From: Perna viridis
Taxonomy: Eukaryota
Assembly: GCA_037379345.1 (NCBI GenBank)
Contig: CM074523.1
Span: 24,954,995-25,018,994 of the forward strand
Length of the DNA stretch: 64,000 bases
Direction: 5' to 3'
The number at the start of each line of letters is the position of its first letter. The stretch's first letter is position 1. Shown one piece after another: positions 13,101-25,100 of the stretch. The notes beneath the pieces were generated by a model. It had not been told where the DNA came from. It did no database searches and saw only the letters and a list, made by a program, of their open reading frames with translations. The position numbers and the translations under genes are program-made.

Positions 13101-16100
13101 AATATCTCATAGTCTACAAACCTGATAAAGGTCTTAAATAAAATTAATGGATATTAATCATGCTTTTTCCAAATTCATGTGGAGTTGATTCTAAGGAGTT
13201 ATTTTCATCTCATCCAGTTGTGGGTTTTACAAAATTTAGTGTCGAAGTTCATATTGATTATGTCATAACTATAGCAGAAAATAATTGTGTTTACTAAAAA
13301 GTCTGATGTGCCAAAAAGATAACTTAAATAAACAATTATACATTTATTTAACCAAACAGCTATTTAAAGGCCTTATCCTAATATCAACAATAAGGTAAAA
13401 GAATTATTATAAATGCAGTTTCAATTCAGTTTCTTTGGCATGTCTCCTGCGTGTAACTCCAAACTGGTAATGTGATATCAACAACTTCAACAGAAATAAA
13501 GTTATATGTAAGGAAAACATTTCCATTCTTCCTGAATTCTATTCCAACTTTCCAAGACGTCCTTTTTCATTACTAGTTGTAGAATATAAAGCCTTCCCAA
13601 AATTTAGATGAACAAAACTTACAGAACACTGTATTACAAATCCAAGAAAGATGGTTGCTAATATTAAAAATTGCAAACAGGACTGAAATCGCAACAAAAT
13701 ATTTAACCATGAAAATATAAGGCTCTAAGGTTATGTTAATGGTACCTAAATTACCAGGTCAAAGTTCGTCAAACAAACATGAATATGTCTAGTAGTTCTA
13801 AAATTCCCTTTCTTCCACATTTTTCTAGTTGAAATATTTTTTTTTTAAATTGTAGATAAGTAAATCCTTGCAAAGTTTTAATTATTGCAAAAATTAAAAC
13901 AAGGCTGTGCTCCAAAGTTTCTAAAGTGCCAAATTGCAATATATGTAATTACAACACCCATTAATTTCTGAATTTATGGTTAGGGATCAAATTTACTTTT
14001 ATGAATGGAAAGTTCTTAACTTTTCATAGATTAAAGTAAATGGTCAACCTAAGATTTAAAATCAAAAGTTCTCAACAGTTAGTGTCAAATAGAAGGGATC
14101 AAAGTCTTGGACCTGATAAATAAAATTTCAGGGGTTTAACTTAGAAATTGAAGGTCCAAGACCTCATTCCCTGACTAATACCAGTGCACCTGGTCCATGC
14201 TCCCAGTTTTCCATGGAGTCAGAGTTGCTCATTTACTTTTGTTACTGTGAATTTATTATTTTGTTTATGTTCTTTGCTGTGCGTTTCTACTTACCATGTC
14301 TGATCTTTTTCCCTGGATTACATTCTTTTGATTTCGGCTACAATCTTGGTTCACTTGATTACTCTTCTGAGCCCTGATGGTAAGAAATCAGACTATTTCC
14401 TTACCTTATCAATAACAATGTTGAGTTGATCCTCTAATTCTTCATTTTTTCCCTCTAATTCCTGGTTCTTTGTAAGTAAAGTTTGTCCAATACGAGCAGC
14501 AAGTTCCAAATCTCTCTCTTTCTGCAAAAACAAAGTTACATCCATGTTAAATTTGACAATATTATTAAAAGAATTTTCAGGTTTGCACAACAGGAATGTT
14601 TGTCCAATAAAACTGACAAATCTGAATATTTCTCCTTCTGCAAAAACAATGTCATTCATCGTATAGAATTTTCAGATATGTGACTAAGAAAAGTTTGCCC
14701 AATTCAAGCTGAAAAATCCAGATCTCATTCTGCAAAAACAATATAACAACCATGTCACTATATTATTCCAGATCTTTAAGGTATTTTCAGGTGTAAATCT
14801 TGGTAAAGTTTGTCATGTAAATGCAAGCAGAAAGTTTCACTCCTCTCTTGTTAAAAAGAAACATTGATCCACTCATGTACTATTTTATGATTAAAGAATT
14901 TTCATGTGTGTGACTTCATCTCTTGACAAAGCAAAAGAATTGCATCTTCAAACCTTCAAGACTCTTAGTTACCACGATGCACTGTTAACAGGAAGTTCGC
15001 ACTCCATTTCACCATATTTACATGGCCGTTACATATTACACTACATTATTTGTATAATTCACTTGAATTAACAGGAAAAAAAAACAGTTCAACAAAAATT
15101 TACAATTTATGAAGCTGTATTTGTACGGAAGAAATTTTAAGCACATTCTTTTTTACAATATGCACAATTTAGTCCAAAAATAATGCTTCATGCTTGACAC
15201 CTCTGTATTGTTTACAGTTTTGCACAAAAAGTGCAAAAAAATTATTGTAATGGCATCAATCATTTAAAAGGATGTGCACTGTCCTATTTTATAGAAACGA
15301 TGGGGTAATAGCATGTATATAAACATTGTGGTTTTTAAAAGTACTTAATGTTGAAGAGAAGTATATGTTTAAACAAAATTATTCTAATACCATCAATTTG
15401 TATTTACATTAATGCAAGAAAAACTATAACATTTGATATTAATTTCAATTTTCATTTTGACAGCAAATAGATACTACCATGTATTTTTTTAAAAGGGGGG
15501 AGGGCAATTAAGAAAAAAAAAACACTCAAAGAATGCCCACAATTCTTATAAAATTTCACACATGAGAAACGAAATGAAATAAATAAAAAAGAGGACATGG
15601 AAAACAAAACTTCCAAACCATAAAAATGTAAAAATCTACACAAATACAGCTTCTTCCCTCATTTTTTATTTTAAGATACCTCACAAAATGATTATTTTTC
15701 CAAATGTGTAAGGTTTAATTTAACAAATAGTATTACTATTTCATAACTTCCAATTTCAGAACTTGTTCAGGATATTTTAACTATTTATGACAATACAGTG
15801 CTGCTCAAAATTACATAGTTTGGTAAAGAAACAAGAAAACGATAAATGTTGAAACAGCTGATATTATGAAATCTGCGTATAGTAATTTGAAAACTTACTA
15901 TAGAAATAAGCAAATCCATTTTCTATCAAGAAAACTATATCAATATTCCAGAGAGAAGAAAATAACTCCAAAATAATACAATTTATTATAAAATAGTGTT
16001 CCATCAATGAGCATTTAATCATTATCTGCAAAACAGATTCTCCGTACAAATATCGGGACAGATCAGTCCTCTGCAGAGATGTTAAATCTTCCTCGTTTTC

Positions 16101-19100
16101 AGCATAATTAACATATTACATAATTTGGCTGGATTTACGATACAAATGCTGGGGACTAACAAGTTTGGCCTGAAATAAAACTGCCAGTAAATTTACAATC
16201 ATGGTGCCTAGAAAAAAAATTTAAATGACTACAATTTGATTGGCCAGAATGTTGTTTAAATAAGAAACTGCCTATATATGCAAATCACTTTGATATTCGT
16301 CCAGATTTTATGACAGACAACATCAAGGATTTTTCAAAACAAATGATAAACACCAAGGTATACTTTCATAGAAACCCACTGTAACAAAACATGAACTATA
16401 GTAAAACTCGTCTTATGAATGACCTTTCCTTGGAGAGCAAAATCATGATTACATAAGAGAGGTGGTCTTTATAAACAGGTTAATTCCATGTGGAATGCAC
16501 CATATAGGGATGCTTTAATACAGTTATACAAAACAATATACCGGTGTGAACAGGTTGTGATTAGATAAGTTTGACTGTACTTTTGACTATATTTGACACC
16601 AAATGTAATTTTCAACGACATGTTGCAATAATGACAATAATCAAAGGTTCAAGGACATTTTTTACCAAATAATTCTTGAAATTAAAAAAAAATTCCAACA
16701 AATAAAGGGGAAAGAGTTTATGGGTTCAACTGCAAGTCATTTCATATTTGTAAATATAAAAAAAATCTGACAAATAAAAGGGAAAGAGTTATAGATTCCA
16801 ACTTCTAAAATGTCACAACTCTTTCCAATTTAAGCCTTATATTAGCCTGAGCTTGGAATCGCAAAAACAGCTGATCTTATGAGACTTTCAAAGCCACAAA
16901 AATATGACTAACAGCCCTCCTCCTTTTATTTCCATAGAAACATAACAAACAACTTACTTCTTCTAATAATCTATTAACAGCCTCAATATCATTGTATGTC
17001 TTTGTCATCTGTGTCAGCCTCTCACCACACAGGACTGCAAAGAGAAAGTAAGTCTATAAATAGCATGCAAAGTGAAAGTACTATTCTATATTTAGAAATT
17101 AGCTTATTTGAAAAATAAAATTTATATCTAAAACTGTGTGGCATCCTTTTTTATTCCTTCCCTCATTCTCAAGAAGAGAGAAAACTGATCAAGGAAGATG
17201 GCAGAAACAAAAACAAAGTTGTTACAAGTCAGTGATAGCATAAAAACATGCTACTAGCTTATCTTACCCATTTGGAATCCCAAAATTTGGTACCCTGCAT
17301 CCATGGCTGACACACTAATACAAAATATACCAGTAACTACATGAATGAACAAAGATGACAAACAATTTAATTCCAATCTCATGAAACATGAAAAATTTAT
17401 TTGTCACCATTAAGGACATTTATCAAGCCAACAAGTGCAAGTTTTTTTTCGTTTCTGCCTAACAACAGAACATTGAAGCCCATGGTACATAATAACCATC
17501 CCTCTGTTGGGGGAAAAAAATCAAACAAAACAAGAAGAATCTGAAAATCTTTTTGTTTTGTAACAAGATGACCATGACTTATTTCAAACATGTATAGAAG
17601 ATTAATGTGATAACAAAAATTAGGTCATGCTGATAGGGTATTTTTAGCCATGCTAAAAGGAAAAGTTGTTAAGCAGTCAAGGTCCTGTTGACTACATACT
17701 AAGAGAGTTTGTTTGGAACATGTTTCCTGGAATTCCCAATTGGTTTTTTTTTTTAATCTTTTAATCAACATTATATACATGTACTTATAATTCTTCAGCG
17801 ACCATATTTATAATCTAAAGAGAAAAATGAAAAAAAAAATGTTTTGGAATTAACCTGTACACATATACATATGTTATTAAAAATATTTTTTTTTATAATT
17901 TCTACATCTACTTCAATGTATGTATATCATTAAAATATGCAAATCATATTAATTAGCTTTGTAAATGATGTTTCATCAACTGAAGAAACACATGATTTTT
18001 GGAGTTCAACAAAGTGGAAATTGGCAAAATAGGAATTAAAGAAAAAAAAAATAGAATGGTAAGGGTTTGGAAAAATCCATCCCTGTATAATTCTAGCTAT
18101 TTATATAGGCCACCCAAACAATTAAGTGGACTATTTCCATTGATTACATTTTAGGGTTAGAGCCTAACTAATAGAATAGACCATCTTTGTATTAAATATT
18201 AAAAATTATTTCAACACCCTGTGCCAGATTTCTACTGTGCTAGCAAACAGATGCAACTTAGTCCACAGGAAGGCATGTCACCCCACTCAGACACATTGTT
18301 CTGACTCTGAGCCAACCAGTTGTCATTCTTAGCCTGTTAAATACTTAGTGAAATATGGCAGAGAAGCAGTGACTGCAAATTTTTAAGTTTTTGATGTAAC
18401 TTGGATGGGGATTGAACCAACAACCCTACCTCACTCAACATGATCATGCTTACCAAAATTTTCTAATTTGAAAACCTACATCTACATTGTGTACATATAC
18501 TGAAAGTAAACACATAAAAAAAAACATCCCTTCAACCAGGAATAAATATTTTACAAAATTTCTTTATCAAAAGGTAATTCATGAAATTTGTTTTCGTCTA
18601 AAGGACCCTGACTTTCTTATTTCTACTATAAATAAAAACTTGATAAAAAACTGGGCTATAAAGAAACAATTGCGCTTTCAAGTCTGATCGAATATAAATA
18701 CATGTACATGTATCAGTTGCTGGGCAGGTAGAAAATGCATGACATTGTTAATGTGTGCATGAACTGCACGTTTTGTAAGGCCTGATCAAGAATTTACTAG
18801 AAATGACTGAAAATTGAGCAACAGAACAATTTTAAAGTAAGGATGGTTAATAACAGATTTAACACATGAATTTGATAAATCTTTGCAATAAGAAAGGGGA
18901 GGGGAGAACACAAGAGACGTTTATGAGGTTAAAGTAAATTACATGTAACATGAACCCCTAGTCCTGCTGGATATATACAATGTACCCCTTCTTGCTCAGG
19001 AAGGTATCAGCTTACCCTACCAGTGCACCTGGTCTATGCTCCCAGTTTTCAGTGGAGTCTGAGTTGCTCATTTACTTTGGTTACTTTGTAAGTATTATTT

Positions 19101-22100
19101 TAGTTACTTTATGTTCTTTGTTGTGTTTGTCTGTTTTCCATGTCTGGTCTTTGTCCCTGGATTATATTCTTTTGGATTTCCACTAGAATTTTGGTTCTTT
19201 TGATTACTCTTACAATATATGCTCTATACAAAGCCACAATCCAAAGAACAAATCAATCAATCAAACAATTGTTACAAAATTCAGACTGTTGGAATGTTTA
19301 AAACAGACAACTGATTTCAATATATCCCCACTAGATAAATCAGGGTATAATACTATGGAAAAACTTCATATGTGAGACCTGTAATAGCAACTAAAGCTGC
19401 TGAATGTAAAAGAAAAGAGACCATGATTTAAACAATTATTATTCATAATCAAGGGACCAAGACAAAGCACTATCAATAATACAAATTACCAGAAGTTTTA
19501 TGGTTCGTGGGGTACCAATTTTTGTGGTTTTTGTTGCTTAGACACACCACCAAATTTGGTTCCCAACAAAACGGAAAATTCCCTTTCAATTGTGACAAAG
19601 AGTTGTCAAATCAAATTATTAAAGAATCTACAAATTGTCATTTTTCCCCTAAACCAAGAAAACTCAGGCATCCACGAATAAAAGTACTTTCACAGTACAC
19701 AAAAAAAACTAAAGAATAAATGAGAAATCAGGACTCCACTAAAAACTGGGAGTATAAAAATGACCTGGTGCACTGTCAGGTAGCTTTCCTAGAAACACAA
19801 AATATAAAAGGATGCAGTCATTCACACATTTTTACTTTCAATTTCCAAACAAATATAACAAGACTGAATATGGTTAAAAACATGTAATACATCAAAGAGA
19901 CATCAACTCAGCCAGAAGTTCTTTCCATAAAACAACACAGAAGCAAATCAACACTACAGCCACAAAAGACAAATATTTCATCTTGAAATTTACAAATATA
20001 TATACACAGGCAAAATTATTTCACATGATTTTCACCCGAATTGAGCAAATAAACTTTGTGACAGAGTTCACGTGAAATTCGAGTGAATCGAGCCTTCATG
20101 TAAAATTCATGTGAATTGTTCACATGCAATTCGTGTTTAGTGAATTTCATGTGAAAATCATGTTAATTTCATGTGAAGTTCATGTGAATTTCATGTGAAG
20201 ATCGATTAACACGAATTTCATGTGAAAAATTTTTGCCTGTCTACTGGTAGTCAAAGTGTATGGTACCAGTATATAAATATATGGACCAACTACAATGGGA
20301 GCTATAAATGGTTTGATCTGGCCAATGATAGCTTGTACAGAACATAAACAGGCTTATTTTAAGCTTTTAACACACCTGATCCCTCACCTAAAATCAACAA
20401 CAAAATACTTAGAAGCAAAACCCTAAACATTTTTTTATATAAAACTTTTTTGGGTTACATAAAAATAATGCAGTTAAAAAAACTTTTCTAATCTTTAAAC
20501 CACTATTCAAAACAATATTAAACCTGCTTATTACCTTTTAATGAATTAATCATGAAGATTGTACGAAATTAATCATGAAAATATTCCAAATCTTCGACCA
20601 ATTTTGTGGTCTAAATCCAACAACAACTTAATATCATTATACAAAATTTCAATTATCTGCAATCCCATATTTGTCACGTATCCCGAAATCCAAACTTAAG
20701 GCCAAGTTCAGTTGAGTTCCGGCTGTTGGATTTTTCACAATGTTGTCAGCCATTAAAACACCTTAATATTATTGACTGCAATACACAAAGCCTTTGATTA
20801 TGATTTCATGGCCGAGCGACATAGTAGTTTAACTTATCAATTAGCATGCAGCGTTAGCCAGTTTTTAAAACCCTCGAATTAATCAATTGAAATGTTTGTA
20901 AACAACCTATGCAAATGACTAATATTTTTCAAATCTAATTTTTCTATACAGAACCTTTAATAAACCACTTCCGAGAAAGAATTGATAAAATGCATAGGTA
21001 CAATACAGTGAACTTTGACAAATTAATCTTTCAATAAAAACTTATTTAAAAGACAAGACACAATCATCTCTGAAGCAATCAAAAACAGAGAAATCAAATC
21101 AGCAAAATAATCTCCAGGACTACATTTACCATGAGGCTGCACCTATTAGCATGCTAGATATACACCACAAACCTCCCCCTTTTCCCTTCCTTGTTCAATA
21201 AAATGAAAAATGGTTAAGACCAACAAAACAGAGTTTATCAAAATCTTTTACGGCAAATGCTCTATCCTTATGAAGTCAATTACGAAATTAGAGACCAATC
21301 CATCCACAATGAGCCAATTGTGAAAAATTTCAAACAGACAGACAGACAATGTGATTCCAATACCAGTCACTTGGTGAGTGGGAGTATGAACATCCATCTT
21401 CCAGTTTCATAATTCAGAGATAAAAGGAGCTATTTCACATAAATATTAAAAAACAATTTGACCTACAAATCAAGGGCCATAACTTTTTTCTCATGGAATT
21501 TCCAAAAAACACAACCATAATATTTCAAGGTTTCAAAACAAACAGGTAGATATAAATGAGCCAGAAAAATGATTTACTGCATACTATTCTCCTACTCTGT
21601 TACATAATAAACAAAATAAACTCTGAACGTTCCATACCCTGTATTTACAGGATTTCGATCAAAATGGGACCACTTTAGATAAGAAATGCCTGCTTTAAAG
21701 TAAGCAAATATCTTAATAGAATCCATATTTGAGTTGGGTTGTACCACAAATATATCAAATATAAAAAGTACAAAATCAATGAAGCTATTGTGCTTGTTCA
21801 AACAAGATTTAAAAAACATGAGCACTTTTCAATGTTACCTATAGTAAATTGTCTTGGTAGTTTTTTGGTTTTTTTTTTTTTGGTTTTTTTTTTTTTTAAC
21901 GGAACATGACCTATGAACTTGTATGTTTACAATATAACTACAAAAGATCTTTAAGACACTTTATTATGCCCAGGCAGCTTCAAAAATGGATGTTAGATTA
22001 AACTGCAAAATTCAACAGGTTTTTTTTTTGGTTTTGCAATTCAGAAATGTGTGTGTTCCTAAATACATGTCAAAAGGTGCTGTCAGAAAAAAATAAAATA

Positions 22101-25100
22101 AAAACAAAATACAAAACAAAAACAAAACCTAGCAGCAGATAAATTTTGATAAAAGCATTTTAACTATTTCAGAAAACAGTTACATAAAAACGTATTTTTT
22201 TTCTGTTTTGTTATTTAAGGTCATTTTATCAAAACTTGTGAAAATGCAACTTTTTAAATTATTCAAATCAAGTACCAAAACAAGTTTTTTTATAATAAAC
22301 CAAAACATATCATTGAAAACAAATTTGTCCCATTAGGTTTCATTTGGCAACAAGCTAAAATAGGCAAAAAGACCTAGTGGTAATATTCCATGTTAAGAAT
22401 CGGTTTTAGTTCATTTTTATTGACAGCAAGGCTTATATGACCTCAAAGGACTACAATAGCAAAAAATTTCATAAATAAGAAAGACCATATTTACAGGATA
22501 AAAATTTGCATCTATTTCCCAAAATGTATGCCTCCCATCTTACCGGTATGGGCAAGGGAAAATGTAAGAATTCACCCAAACTGTACTGTACATATTCATC
22601 ATCCCATTTAACCACCATGGGCAGGTGAAAATGATAAAAAATTTTCCCAAGCCATACTGTACATATTCTAATAATAACCTTCAAGCTGTGCAATTAAGTC
22701 ATCAGTAGTAAAACCAAAGCTGTATAAGTCTTCATTTGAGTGAGTTGATGCATTTACATCCATGTTTGGCAAAGCCCTTCATAGATCCAGAAATGCTGCT
22801 TTTCAGCCATTATAAACTTTCAAATTTCATTAAGAAGTTTTTAAGTGGTTGTAGTATTCTATTCCTGAATTGTTTTCCTTTCTTAATGTACTATTACTTG
22901 CACATTCATAAAACTACTGGTTCCTGGAAAGTCAATAGGTGCTTACTGGTACTTTTTTTTTATCTTTCATGTAATTTAAGACAGTATTGTGGTTTCTCCT
23001 TTCTTCATTAGGAGAGTTGAAGCAAGTTGCTATCAAATTTGTATTTCAATTTCTTGCCTTCAAGGTTGAATATGACTACATGATTAGGTTTACAATAATT
23101 TCCCTACAAAAACTCAGATGATCATTCCAGTGGTACTTGAGTTAATATTAATATGATGCACTCAACTATCTAGAGCGTAAGAGCCTTAGATGATATGAAA
23201 CTAGCAGGAACGTGCAGTAAAGGCAGCTTCCTGGATATTTTCAGTTCCATAAGCCTTCTCAAAATACCATAAATCTCTTCACTAGATTGTGCTCAGGTGG
23301 TTATATAATTTTCCAATCTTCTACGATATTAAGTTTTCTAGATGATCAAGTTTGAATCCTCTTATACAGTTCTAGAAATTGCTGCCATCAGCAGCTTTGT
23401 GCAATTGACATCCAATGGTCCTTCCTAATTATTTAGTGTTTTTACAGCCGTAAGTGCATATGAGCTCTTGTTTCTAGCAGTTAATACTATTAGATAAAAT
23501 AAAACAGAATTTTTTTAACAAAGTCTAGCTTTGTGCAAATGTCATTGGATGGTCACTTCATAAGGCTTTTATCCCTCAGCGCATATGAGCTCCTGTTTTT
23601 AGCTGTTCACTCCGTTTGATAGAATTAAGCTGAAGACTTCAAAAGAAAGTTCGCTATTTTCACATCGGTAGGCACCTGGAAGTATTCCCTCTAAAAAAAA
23701 TACCTCATACCTTCCTTTAGTCAAGAACCTTATAAAATTTTCGACATCAAAATCCTTATATTTTAGATGCAATTCTGTGTCACCGAATTATGACTTCAAA
23801 TATTTTGTCCACAAAGTATACTTCCATGTTGGACGTCAGACTGTTTTTGTATTACGCAATTTCCATCAATTTCCTGAGCATTACTTAGTAAATTATTATC
23901 CTTTTTCAGGAATTAAAGTAATATATAAAAGATCTAACATTTATATTACTTCAAAGTACTTCAGAATTAATTAGAATCTCTTTTCATTCCAAAGGAAACT
24001 TTAATCAACAACGATCAATACTATTATTTTCATTATTCCTAAAATCCATGAAAATACTTTTTTATCCATTAAAAGAAATAAAATCACATTTCCATTTACA
24101 CAGAATTCTATCACTGAAATATCTTCAATGAAATTTATAAAAAAAAAAAAAGTTATACCTGTCAAATCTAGTAACTAAATGAGATTATCTTAAACTGTCA
24201 TTGTCTTCAAATGTAAACATGACGACTTGCATTATCTCCCTTTGTGGAATACATGCAAATCTACATGTACATGCAGTTTGGCTTAACCGAAAGACTAAAG
24301 TCCTTTATTGACACAGCTTTCAATTAAATTCCTTTCAACAATGGTGTTCTCCTAATGCTTAAATGTCTACTGTCATAAATTCTTATCATTTCCTCCCAAG
24401 CTTTCAATAAATATTTTTTTCAAAGTCACTACATGTATAAATTGCATTTACTTCAAATCCAGTAATCAACTGCTAACCATCTGTGCAAATTACATCCAAA
24501 TTTATAGCATTTTTTATCCCAAATAAGCATAAATCTAGCTCTTCAAAAAGGAAAGTCACCTTTTTTTATGAATTAACTTTTATCTACAAAATCTTATGAA
24601 ATCCTACTGCATGTATTAAATTTAAAATTTGTTTTAGCCTCCATATTTAGAATGTTTTCCTCCATATTTAGAATGTTTTAAACTTTATTTCCTCAATTAG
24701 CCCTATTTAAAATATTATTTTCCCAGGCGTATGTGTGTTCAAATGTGCACAATAACAATATTATGGAATTCTGCGCAACTTGGCACTGTTTTCAGTGTAT
24801 TAATCCACTAATACAAATCCATAATCCTTATCCAATTATGAGTTAAAAATAAATTATTCATTTCAATTAATATTCATAGCCTTTAATCCAGATATTATAC
24901 TGTTCTTATTTCTTTAAATGTTGATTTCAAACTTTCGATCAATGAACCATTTTCATATTTATTTCTGCCCAAGATAAGATTAAAAATTCTTGGAACCTTC
25001 AGTCCATTTCACAGACATTCCTTCTGAAATCTACGTCACAGACATGTTTACTAAATTGTCACACATCCAAATTATCACAGAACCTCCCAATTAATCGTTA

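Noticed and set aside
13074-13121. 48-nt poison exon (cag...gtaag with an in-frame TGA)
   Set aside because: Weak polypyrimidine tract and no other support; such matches are expected by chance.
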